From Bdellovibrionota bacterium (GTDB lineage Bacteria; Bdellovibrionota_C; UBA2361; JBGSMV01): a stretch of 10,548 bases of DNA. The translations under genes and the position numbers were made by a program. The DNA lies in the NCBI GenBank assembly GCA_044356455.1, contig JBIKWF010000134.1, positions 1 through 10,548 of the forward strand, in the 5' to 3' direction. A model generated the notes under the pieces. The model saw only the letters and a list, made by a program, of their open reading frames with translations. It did no database searches and had not been told where the DNA came from. Numbering within the stretch: the first letter of the stretch is position 1; the number at the start of each line of letters is the position of its first letter. Shown here piece after piece: positions 1 to 8,851 of this stretch.

Positions 1-2022
1 AGCCTTTCTTGGGGTATTGCGACGTACCTCGGCGGTAAAATTGCTTCAAAGGTATTCTCATACTGTGAACTCCGCATGATTCGAGAGTACGTAGATAAAA
101 CCGAAGGTCCCCTCGAAGAGGCTCTTCAGGGCGTTAAGAAGCCAGAAGGATTCTTGGTTCAACTCAAGAAATCGGCGGAATTTGCATTCGCCCGTACAGG
201 CATGGAGCACGCGGCAGTGCGTGCCATTGGGTTGCTTGAAGCTACTGTCAACCTCGATAGCGAGGTCCAAATCGTCAATGACCTTCGGCGGGCTACTGTT
301 CCTGCGGAGAGAGCAAAGCTAGAGGCGAAATACCGAGCAACATACGACGGCTTTGAGGCAGCAGTCAGAAGCGAGCGTTACACCATGCCGGACGGAAGCA
401 AGAGATCTATTACTTCTCTTTTGTTCGGTGGCGACGTTGACCCGAGCACCGGTAAGCGCGATCCGCAGGGTCTGCATGAGAGGCACGAGGCAAACTTGGG
501 ATTCCTTCTCTCAAAATTAGATTCGTACGGAACCTCTATCGGCGCGGATTTCGCCCCAATGGTTGAAATGCTTCGGTCGCAAGAGATAGCAGGCTTCCAT
601 TTTGATACACCCGGCCGAACGGTTGAATGGTTACGTATTGCACTTGGAAGAAATCCTTTTGCGCCTGAGCCCAAGGGCTACAAAACTCCGGTCGGAGTGC
701 CGGCGGCTATTCATCAAGCAGCAAAGGAGTTTGAAAAAGTTCTCGGAACGGTGCTTTCGCAGTCTCTCACCAAAGATGAGGCGGATAAGTTTGGAATAAC
801 GCCAAGTAAAAAGGATCCGCTTACGGTCAAGCAAGTCTGGACCCAACTGGAAACCATTGGAGAGAATATCTCCACCCTTTCAACGGAATATTCAAAAGGC
901 CTAGGATTGCGGCACCGCTATGTGGTTGAGCAGCTGCTATCTAATGTTGGCGAAATAGTAAATCTAGACCCAGAAGTCACGGGGAAGATCAGAGTAGAGG
1001 GTCTTTCGAATAATCCAGATCCGGCCAAAGCAAAAGAGGAAAATGAAAGGGTCCAGCGGGAATCAACAGAGATTAAACAGATTCTCCTCTATACAGACAT
1101 CGAACATCCCGCAGTCCCTGGTAAAAAATTCTCATCAGTAGGAAATGCTACCAACTGGATCAGTTTCGTCGAAGACAACCCCACCATGGAGTTTGATGTT
1201 CCACAAACCGACGCCGTATCGGGCATAGCTCAACGAGATGCAAGTGGGAATATCTTGCTTCGAAAGATGTCCGGTGCTGAGATATCCGCTAAATATCACC
1301 ATTATTTAGACAATATTCTGACCCCTGAAGGACAGCGCGTTTGGGGTGGCTTTTACGAGAAATTAGATAGGCCATACCGACAGGTGTATTTAGAGCAGAA
1401 AGCGTCGAATGAGCTCATCGATCCTCTTATTGAGGGCGTTCGGAATGGCTCAGTAGAGCCGCGTTACACAAGCAAGCTTCAAAAGCTATACGATAGAATC
1501 GTTAAACGGTGCTCGGGAAATAGTCTATCTGTTACGATTGAGCCTGGAATGGGGGATATAGAGATAAATAACATGCGCGTAACGCTTGTAAGCTATCTTG
1601 AATCAATCCGAAAAACCTTAAGGCATTATGATATCTTCAATCTTGAGAATGAGATGACTCGCGAAACTGTCATTGGGAATCTCTCTCGAGAGACGCAAGA
1701 GCTTCTAAGTAAGATGAAGCCGAGGCAGCAGGAGTATCAAGGCAAAGTAATATCCCGAGGTTCTTTTGCAGAGTGCCTTTGGAATCGATACAACCCACTT
1801 TACAGGGCAGTTGGTAGCCTCTTGCGACATACGTTTGAGAATCCAACAGGGGGAATTGCCGGTTGGGCAACAGGCCTTGGTATTATGAGTGTTGGGTTTG
1901 GGACCGCGGCCTTCGGGTGGGGGTTCGCCCCGGTGCTGGTGGGCGGTATCTTCGTGAATTGGGCATATAGCGGCGGATGGCCAATTGTTAAGTCCTGGCT
2001 CGGGACCGAGAAGAAGAAGTAG
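1..2022 (+). CDS. ORF1: large hypothetical protein, probably 5'-truncated (>673 aa), with a C-terminal Gly/Trp-rich hydrophobic hairpin
   Basis: The track starts it at ATG 76, but frame 1 is open from base 1 (SLSWGIATYLGGKIASKVFSYCELR-M) and there is no SD before 76, so the true start probably lies upstream of the window. The body is charged and helix-like. The C-terminus (from 1849) reads GGIAGWATGLGIMSVGFGTAAFGWGFAPVLVGGIFVNWAYSGGWPIV followed by KSWLGTEKKK. The stop is TAG at 2020-2022. Confidence 0.9.
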   Translation, partial: SLSWGIATYLGGKIASKVFSYCELRMIREYVDKTEGPLEEALQGVKKPEGFLVQLKKSAEFAFARTGMEHAAVRAIGLLEATVNLDSEVQIVNDLRRATVPAERAKLEAKYRATYDGFEAAVRSERYTMPDGSKRSITSLLFGGDVDPSTGKRDPQGLHERHEANLGFLLSKLDSYGTSIGADFAPMVEMLRSQEIAGFHFDTPGRTVEWLRIALGRNPFAPEPKGYKTPVGVPAAIHQAAKEFEKVLGTVLSQSLTKDEADKFGITPSKKDPLTVKQVWTQLETIGENISTLSTEYSKGLGLRHRYVVEQLLSNVGEIVNLDPEVTGKIRVEGLSNNPDPAKAKEENERVQRESTEIKQILLYTDIEHPAVPGKKFSSVGNATNWISFVEDNPTMEFDVPQTDAVSGIAQRDASGNILLRKMSGAEISAKYHHYLDNILTPEGQRVWGGFYEKLDRPYRQVYLEQKASNELIDPLIEGVRNGSVEPRYTSKLQKLYDRIVKRCSGNSLSVTIEPGMGDIEINNMRVTLVSYLESIRKTLRHYDIFNLENEMTRETVIGNLSRETQELLSKMKPRQQEYQGKVISRGSFAECLWNRYNPLYRAVGSLLRHTFENPTGGIAGWATGLGIMSVGFGTAAFGWGFAPVLVGGIFVNWAYSGGWPIVKSWLGTEKKK

Positions 2023-2031
2023 GTGGGGAGC

Positions 2032-2037
2032 AAGGAG
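2032..2037 (+). promoter_or_regulatory. Shine-Dalgarno site for ORF2
   Basis: AAGGAG lies 10 nt before ATG 2048, within a 25-nt gap after ORF1, consistent with co-transcription. Confidence 0.7.
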
Positions 2038-2047
2038 TTGACTGGGT

Positions 2048-3982
2048 ATGTTTTCTAATTTGGCAAGGTTCCTGCCCTGGAAACGAGAGGGTGCCTCTGC
2101 GGCAAGTGCTACACTTTCGGATGATGAGGCGAGGCGGATAGCTAAAACCTACAGGCCGCCCGAAGTAGTAGGAACGATAGCTGGGTTCGAAAGAGCCGCT
2201 CTTGGAGCGCCATCAACCTCGGCCCTTGCCGTGGAGGGATTCGAGGCAAAGAACTCTAACTTCAATCAAGGTGTTGTTTGCTCGGCGAGCGGTTTAGGTA
2301 CGATGGTGTTAGAGGTGCTTGGCGAGCGGCTAAATTCTCAAAAACCTGGTGATCGGGCTTCTTTGTTTATCAAGACAACGGAAACATTAGCCAAGAAGAT
2401 TAGCCAAATTCCAGGCAAGATTCTTACTGTTGATTTTGTGATTAGCACTGAGGCAGTAGCTCGCGCAGATGCGAAGAATGACAGGGTCCACGCGGTAATT
2501 ACCTACCAGGTGCCGAAGGGAACTCATCCAATCTCTGCTGAAGCTAGATCCCTGGCGGAGGCGCAATCGGAGAATGAAGAAGCCTCCGTGCGAGGAACGG
2601 TATATGGAGCGGCCGCAGCGCGCCGCGGTGTGATGACTAGGAATGGTATTCTTTTTCTCATCGACCGACAAGTTCACACGGTAGATGGCAAGGACCCTGC
2701 CACGTATCAGCGCAATAACTTACGTTACAGTTTAAATCGAAGTGATCTCATATTTGAGCCACTTGCGGGCAACTTCGAGCTTAAGAAGTGTACTCATACC
2801 GTGGGGCAAGATTTCCATCTTCAACCAAATGTTCCAACCCAAGAGATGCTTGACGCCTATGTTTTTAAGGCATCTGTGGGAAGTTCCCACCGAGAAGCTC
2901 GGCGTCGTAGTGCACCACTTGGAGCCAGAGAAGGAGTAAATCCCGAAATCGCGGAATCTACTCTCAAGAGTATCATTGATAATGAGGCTGCAGCACGGGG
3001 CATAAAGCTACCTGACGGATCAACGGTCAGAATAGTGCACATGCGCCCCACAAAAGCCATGAGTACAACCGATGTTCATGCGCACTTCGTGAATCTCCTT
3101 GCTAAAACCGCTGATGAAGGGGACGTCAAGGAAGTGCTGGGTTTCGACTTTATGCGGCCTTGGGGGTTTCACGATAAGGAGGCATTGAGTCCGTATCAAT
3201 ACTTTTATCCTGTTGCATTTCTCCGAACTATCGACGGGCCTAACGGGTCTGCTCAGGGTAATGCTGAGCGTAGTGAGTCTTTCTTGACGCCGGCGGAGTA
3301 TCGGGCCTTTGCGCCCATGCTTGACGGAAAGAAGAATTTTGATGGTGTAGTTCATCCTGCTTCCGGATATGGTGCTGCGGTTATTGAGGAATTTGCAGCG
3401 CCGCTTACAATCGATGGGAAAACCCCTTCAACGGAAGAGCAGCATTTGAGGTTTCTGAAGTTAATACATGCGTGGTTCGTTAGGCAAAAAGAGCTCGGGC
3501 GTGATCCTGAGATTATCTCCACTGCATTCGCACTTGATGAGGCGGAGTTTACAACACCTGTCGATAAGCAGTATCGGCGTAGGCTTCGTGTGTACTTCCG
3601 TGACAAAAATGTCCCCGCTGCCAAGACATGGGAAAGGACCACGAATCCTGACATGCATAAGGTAGTTGGTACCTTCAAGGAGGGGGTTGCCGCAGAGATT
3701 ACTACTGCAACGGCCCACGGGATGAACGGTTTCGGAGCTGGTGGTAATGACCGAATTTTTCTGACACATCATTACTCGGCTCCCCCAGGCCCAGGGAATC
3801 CAGGAGTAAGAGACGCTTCTTTTGTTCAGCTGCTTAAGCACGCTGAGGTCTTTAATAGAAACCCTGGTATGGTTCCAGTCGAATACATCCCAATCCGCTA
3901 CGCATGGGAGTCCCAGGAAGTAGTAGTTGGTGCAAGCTATACCGATGGTGTCTTGATCCGAGCACGGATTGACCACCCGTAA
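2048..3982 (+). CDS. ORF2: hypothetical soluble protein (644 aa), probably mixed alpha/beta
   Basis: Long ORF with an SD. No transmembrane-length hydrophobic stretch and no evident signal peptide. No family recognised. A DVHAHF motif lies at 3071-3088. Confidence 0.9.
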   Translation: MFSNLARFLPWKREGASAASATLSDDEARRIAKTYRPPEVVGTIAGFERAALGAPSTSALAVEGFEAKNSNFNQGVVCSASGLGTMVLEVLGERLNSQKPGDRASLFIKTTETLAKKISQIPGKILTVDFVISTEAVARADAKNDRVHAVITYQVPKGTHPISAEARSLAEAQSENEEASVRGTVYGAAAARRGVMTRNGILFLIDRQVHTVDGKDPATYQRNNLRYSLNRSDLIFEPLAGNFELKKCTHTVGQDFHLQPNVPTQEMLDAYVFKASVGSSHREARRRSAPLGAREGVNPEIAESTLKSIIDNEAAARGIKLPDGSTVRIVHMRPTKAMSTTDVHAHFVNLLAKTADEGDVKEVLGFDFMRPWGFHDKEALSPYQYFYPVAFLRTIDGPNGSAQGNAERSESFLTPAEYRAFAPMLDGKKNFDGVVHPASGYGAAVIEEFAAPLTIDGKTPSTEEQHLRFLKLIHAWFVRQKELGRDPEIISTAFALDEAEFTTPVDKQYRRRLRVYFRDKNVPAAKTWERTTNPDMHKVVGTFKEGVAAEITTATAHGMNGFGAGGNDRIFLTHHYSAPPGPGNPGVRDASFVQLLKHAEVFNRNPGMVPVEYIPIRYAWESQEVVVGASYTDGVLIRARIDHP

Positions 3983-4153
3983 TCGCAGGATCTGGTCATT
4001 CTAATACCGACTTCCGAGAAGTGTTGTAATTCCTGCTAGTTATGCCTCTTGAGCTTGCTCTTTGCCCTCTCTAAGGCATTTAGGATTTTGTAGCGCCCAT
4101 ATCAGATAAGTAGGTCGAATGGGTTAATTGCCTCACCGTGTTGCAAGAGGGTT

Positions 4154-6355
4154 ATGGGAGACAGTACGAATCTATCATCAGCTAGAGTGAAGGAAGATGT
4201 TGGCTTAAGAGCATTGACCGGAAATCATGCGGATCTTCAAGCTGAGCTTGCCGGAATCGCTGCTTCACAAAAGATAGTCGCGGCTTCAAATCATTTGGCG
4301 GCGCCTCGTGTCTCAGCCTTGAGGCATGAGGTGCAGCGTTCCCTTGCAGCCCCTTACCATGAGGCTGCGGGAGTTGGGACAGAAAGTTCAAAAGTAGCGA
4401 CTGTCTCCCACACGCTAGCTTTAGAAGCGCTCAGCGCCGCTCCAAAGAATGGGATTAAGGAGGAGCGAAGCGGCTTCTGGGCTGGACTATGGAGCAAGGC
4501 GAAATCTTTTGTCTCCGATGCAGCGGATGTTGCTCGTGGTATCGGAAAGGGCGTGGTCGCTATAGGCAAGCTTCTTTATGTCGATGCGCCCAAGATGCTC
4601 TTCTCCAAGGAATTCTGGAGCGGAGTGGGTTCCGCTCTTACATGGGTGGGCGAGAAACTTACGGATCCCGCTACATGGAAGGCTGCAGCGGAGCTGAGTC
4701 TTAAAGCGATTACACTTGGACCGCGAGTACTCATTCATGTCGTAACTCACCCCATTGACTCCCTCCAGAAAGTTGGTTCCTTTCTCAAAGGAATGTCTGA
4801 CGGGTTAGGAATCACAGATATTTGTGTTGGTGTTGGAAGAATTTTCAAAGGAGATTTTGCTGGTGCCCTTCAAGCTTTTAAGGGTGCCGGCACCGCATTC
4901 GTTGAATTCACTGGTCTTGCAGATGCCTATGGCGCGGTAAAGCATCTAGGCCAAGCCCTTTATTGCCTCGGTACCGGGGATAGAGTTGGGGCGGCAGTCC
5001 ATTTTGGGCAGGCCGTAATGCACGGCGCGATGGCGGCAATGTCGATAGGCTCTATAGCGGCGACAGTAGCGACCGGCGGTGCGGCGGCCGGTGCGCTGGT
5101 CGGCGTAATGATGCTGCGGACGAGTATGAAAACTGCAGCGAAGCAAGTGCTGAAGACTGCGTCAAAGGAATTCTTTAAGAAAGCTGGCGAAGAGCTTGGA
5201 GAGAACTTAGTCAAAAGTGTTGGAAAAGACCTCACGAAGGAGATCCTTGAGGCCACCGCAGTGAAGAGTGTCGATGCGGGGTCCATGAAGGTGATAGGAA
5301 CCATCCTCGGTAAAGACGCGGGCAAGTTATTTGACGCTGCAACATCAGGCCCGATTAGAGAGCAGCTTCTTGAGAAGCTTGCAAAGGAAATGAATCCTGC
5401 TCACTTCGAAAAAGCCTTCAGGGAAGTTGGCCTCGACGCTACAAGTAGATTGATGAAGGATGCAGGCGTTGCAGCAAAAGCGGAGAAGTTGGTCTTCGAG
5501 TTACTGCAAGACGCGCACAAGATGAGCAAAAAGGAACTTGCTCAAAAACTAGAAAAGCAGGGATGGGATCCTAAGAGGGCGCGCGAGGCTGCCGCGGACG
5601 TTAAGAAGGCACTTAGAGATCAGCACGGGTCGTTCTTTAGCAAAGATACCCCTTTCAATCAGAGTGCCTGGCAAAAAGACATCGACGCCTGGAAGAGTGC
5701 AGCGGCGAAAAAAACCAAGGAAATTGATGCCGAGATTGTAAGGAATCTCACCGAGGGAATGAAGAAGCCGCTTACCGAGATGATAGTGGAGCGGCAGAAA
5801 GACGTTTTCATGAAAGAGATGCGGAGCGTGCTGCTAGGGCAAGGCGACTCGCCGCTTAGTAAAGTTATGGGCGAAACAGTTGAAAGACAGGCAAAAGCCC
5901 AAGGTAAGTCGGTAGCTAGTCTGGCAGACGAGTACGCAGAGGCGTCGTGGAAGGGATACCGTGAAGGAATTGGAGAAGCGGTTGAAGCGGCCGTGAAAGA
6001 GGGCATCGAGAGGGGCGTGAAGAGATTCCGCGAAACACAGCTTAAGCTTAAGTTGCCGTCCTTCAGTGGAATCTGGGAAGGCACCAAGGAGATATACGGG
6101 AGATACGCCAGAGCTAGTGTTAAGACAGAGCACGCAGAAGGAGTCGACAGAAAGGGCGCGGAGCAAGAGAGGTTCAATGGCCACCGTGCGGTCATGAGTC
6201 GAATACGGAACGATGGCGGCAGAGTTCTGAAGGATAACTATGTTCAGAAGCTTGGTGAAGACAAATGGGAGTTAGATAGCACAACAGAAGTAGCCGTAGA
6301 TGAAAGGAACGAAAGAAAGCCAAAGGGGGGAGACCCCGCATCCAAGGTGTCTTAG
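4154..6355 (+). CDS. ORF3: hypothetical 733-aa helical protein with a central hydrophobic domain; pre-toxin/translocator-like
   Basis: AGAGG SD-like sequence at 4146-4150. An uncharged Gly/Ala-rich segment at 4985-5116 (VGAAVHFGQAVMHGAMAAMSIGSIAATVATGGAAAGALVGVMML) is followed by Lys/Glu-rich amphipathic helices. Confidence refers to the CDS; the functional call is motif-level inference. Confidence 0.9.
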   Translation: MGDSTNLSSARVKEDVGLRALTGNHADLQAELAGIAASQKIVAASNHLAAPRVSALRHEVQRSLAAPYHEAAGVGTESSKVATVSHTLALEALSAAPKNGIKEERSGFWAGLWSKAKSFVSDAADVARGIGKGVVAIGKLLYVDAPKMLFSKEFWSGVGSALTWVGEKLTDPATWKAAAELSLKAITLGPRVLIHVVTHPIDSLQKVGSFLKGMSDGLGITDICVGVGRIFKGDFAGALQAFKGAGTAFVEFTGLADAYGAVKHLGQALYCLGTGDRVGAAVHFGQAVMHGAMAAMSIGSIAATVATGGAAAGALVGVMMLRTSMKTAAKQVLKTASKEFFKKAGEELGENLVKSVGKDLTKEILEATAVKSVDAGSMKVIGTILGKDAGKLFDAATSGPIREQLLEKLAKEMNPAHFEKAFREVGLDATSRLMKDAGVAAKAEKLVFELLQDAHKMSKKELAQKLEKQGWDPKRAREAAADVKKALRDQHGSFFSKDTPFNQSAWQKDIDAWKSAAAKKTKEIDAEIVRNLTEGMKKPLTEMIVERQKDVFMKEMRSVLLGQGDSPLSKVMGETVERQAKAQGKSVASLADEYAEASWKGYREGIGEAVEAAVKEGIERGVKRFRETQLKLKLPSFSGIWEGTKEIYGRYARASVKTEHAEGVDRKGAEQERFNGHRAVMSRIRNDGGRVLKDNYVQKLGEDKWELDSTTEVAVDERNERKPKGGDPASKVS

Positions 6356-6416
6356 TCTTTCACACGTATACCTTTCGGCAAAGCGTTCCTCATTTTAGGG
6401 TTGAATTCTCGCATTC

Positions 6417-6422
6417 TATAAT
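6417..6422 (+). promoter_or_regulatory. Possible sigma70 -10 element upstream of ORF4
   Basis: Perfect TATAAT in the intergenic region, overlapping the palindrome AATCGCGATT (6420-6429). There is no good -35 at 17-nt spacing (TTTAGG). Confidence 0.35.
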
Positions 6423-6463
6423 CGCGATTCACGGATTATGATGGTCTTGTTAGCTAGAGTCAG

Positions 6464-8851
6464 GTGAATGCGGTGAGACTACAAGGCGGTGCTAAGGAGT
6501 TGGTGCCTTTCGCTCGAAGTCCTTCCGATCTGTGCGAACCTAGCTCAAGTGCAGATTCATTTCTTAGGCTTGGCTTTCCCTCTGCCCCTGAGGCCGACTC
6601 TGGGCCACGCATGGCACAGGGCGGTAGTTCCATAGTTAGTGAGCCAAAAAGCAAGTCAGCGAGTGTTAGTTCCACATCAAGCGTCGCCTTAAGCGCCGCA
6701 AAAGGCGTCATAGACGCTTTGGTCAAGCCTTTGACCTGGCTGCGTCAAGCTCCCTACCCCGTCCGCGCCGTATTTCTGGCTGGTCAGACAATGGCTCTTC
6801 TCCAGTTTTTCAATACGCGCGCATCCGGCGTTTTGCCCTTTGAAATGCCGCACATCTCGCCAGTTATAGGCGCGGGAATAGCGGTTCTTGCGAGTGCAGC
6901 ACTTACTACTGCTAGGTTTGCCTTTGAAAGCATTAGGAAAGGCATTGCCGACTCGGCCATGCGAAAGCTTGGTGCATACCAGATTCTAAGCCGTCGTGGA
7001 GTCGGAATAGAGGACGTAAAGGTAGCACCAGATACTTTTGACCCTAACTCCTGGCGGGGAAGGATGCTTGAACGCCTAACGGACTATTCCGATAGTATCG
7101 AGGGTATTCGCTACCTGCTTTCCGGGACAGCCGGCCGCAGCTTCGTAATGCTATCCATCGAGAAAATTAAACGAGAAGCTGCCTCCGGATTCGATTCAAC
7201 TAAGGCTCTTTCTAGCGCCACTCTTTCGGATATCGAGATCGAGGAAAGCTTGCGGAGAATGGCAAGCGAACCCGTTCGCGAGAAAGACACTGAACTTACA
7301 AGTGCGAAGAAATTCTCGTGCTCACGCTCGCGCTTGATAGCGGGATTTGCCGAGGCCGGGCATCCCGAAGATCTCCCGGGATTAATTAAGGTCTACAATA
7401 GTTGCGAATCCGGAACTGTTTCTCACAGGGAAATTCAGTTCGCCGTGTCCATGATTGCGGGACGCTCATTGGCTCAAACTCTTGAGTCAGAGGGCTTCTC
7501 GAATGTGCGTCTGGTTTCGGAAGGGAGCGAACGAGTGCCACGCGTTGAGGCTACTCTCCCGGCTACCCTCGATCCGAGGCTTCCTCAGTGGACCAGGCTC
7601 ATGAGGCCAGAGGTCGATTCTCCTCAGCTTGTGCGCCAAGTGATGTTCGATTTTTCCGACTCTGATTCTCTTGGAAGTTTTGGGTTCGGAAGGATGATGA
7701 GACTCGTGTGTGGTAGCGCAGTTCGAGCGCTCGGTAGAATTCCTAGCTCATCCGATGAGCTACTTCGAATCCCAGTAGGGAGAGAGGAAATAAGAGGGAC
7801 CGCGGGACATGAGATAGTTCATGCATGGTATTCGTTGGCGCGAGAGCACGGGATTCTGCATTGGGCTGGTCTTAATTCCTTTGGGGCAACTCCAATGAAA
7901 GGAAGCCGCTATGAGCGGCATTTCGCGGAAGAGGGGTTGGCTCAGCTCTATAATTTGAAGCGAAGTGTACTTGATCTCAGGCGTCATTTGGAAATGCCTC
8001 GCCTTACGGCTGATTCAGCGCGAGATCTTGGTCAAGTGCTTTCAAGTATTGAGACCAAGCTAGTGCCCGGCTGCGACTCCGGAATCCCCTCGGTGTCGCG
8101 CTTTCTCTCGACTGCTTTGGAAAATTGGAGGTTATTGCGGGAGATAGTCGCACATTCCTGCGCGACGGGTTCAGGTTGGGGGAAAGTCTCTGATGGGTTT
8201 GAGGGAAGGAACCAGAGTGTCCCAGATTTCCCCTATGTTTCAGGCCTTCTCCGTGGAGCCACGGGAAAACTGGGGATTTTGCCCCCGCTACCGCAGCGCG
8301 AGGGGGAAGTAGTCTTCTCCCTTGAAGTCCCAGAATCAGTCGGGGTGTCTCACTCTTGCGAAATGAGGCTCCCGCTGTCTTGCCTTCCGAAGGGAGTAGA
8401 ACTTCCTTTCGAAGCTCTCTCCCTGGTTCGTTCGAAACCGATAGAGCAGGAAGAGTCCTCGAAGGTTATTCAATCTCTCCCGGCACTCTTCCGGGCGGTA
8501 GCATCCCCAATAGTCGAGGCCCTTGCCTCTCAAGCTGAGCGGGACATCCCGCCGATTCTTGCCAAGTTGGAAGACGTGCGACGAGTTGCGCAAGAAGCTA
8601 AGTGGGTTCTTGCTGCTGCAGCGCAGTTAAAACCTAAGCAAGATTCTGAACTCTCTGAAGAGAACTCAAAAATTGTGAGGGAGAAGCTGCGCGAGCTCTG
8701 CAAGCTACTAAGAGACCTTCCTCATCCGAGACGAGTTGGAGTTTCACCCACTAATCTTGGGGCTCTGCGAGCAGAGCCTGATCTTGATAACAAAGAGAAC
8801 ATCTTGGCTGCAGTGCAAAGGGCGTCCGGTCCCTTGACGCCCCGAAGTTAA
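6464..8851 (+). CDS. ORF4: putative membrane-associated zinc metallopeptidase-domain protein (gluzincin-like); start uncertain (GTG 6464 or ATG 6611)
   Basis: HEIVH at 7808-7822 in the context TAGHEIVHAW, and EEGLA at 7928-7942. Hydrophobic segments lie at about 6761-6811 and 6863-6925. The CDS is well supported; the peptidase call rests on motifs alone. Confidence 0.8.
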   Translation: MNAVRLQGGAKELVPFARSPSDLCEPSSSADSFLRLGFPSAPEADSGPRMAQGGSSIVSEPKSKSASVSSTSSVALSAAKGVIDALVKPLTWLRQAPYPVRAVFLAGQTMALLQFFNTRASGVLPFEMPHISPVIGAGIAVLASAALTTARFAFESIRKGIADSAMRKLGAYQILSRRGVGIEDVKVAPDTFDPNSWRGRMLERLTDYSDSIEGIRYLLSGTAGRSFVMLSIEKIKREAASGFDSTKALSSATLSDIEIEESLRRMASEPVREKDTELTSAKKFSCSRSRLIAGFAEAGHPEDLPGLIKVYNSCESGTVSHREIQFAVSMIAGRSLAQTLESEGFSNVRLVSEGSERVPRVEATLPATLDPRLPQWTRLMRPEVDSPQLVRQVMFDFSDSDSLGSFGFGRMMRLVCGSAVRALGRIPSSSDELLRIPVGREEIRGTAGHEIVHAWYSLAREHGILHWAGLNSFGATPMKGSRYERHFAEEGLAQLYNLKRSVLDLRRHLEMPRLTADSARDLGQVLSSIETKLVPGCDSGIPSVSRFLSTALENWRLLREIVAHSCATGSGWGKVSDGFEGRNQSVPDFPYVSGLLRGATGKLGILPPLPQREGEVVFSLEVPESVGVSHSCEMRLPLSCLPKGVELPFEALSLVRSKPIEQEESSKVIQSLPALFRAVASPIVEALASQAERDIPPILAKLEDVRRVAQEAKWVLAAAAQLKPKQDSELSEENSKIVREKLRELCKLLRDLPHPRRVGVSPTNLGALRAEPDLDNKENILAAVQRASGPLTPRS

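Noticed and set aside
4154..6355. ORF3 as a phage tape-measure protein
   Set aside because: The Ala/Gly/Lys-rich helices and GD..GA motifs are superficially similar, but no tail, capsid or other phage genes are recognisable nearby. Not fully excluded.
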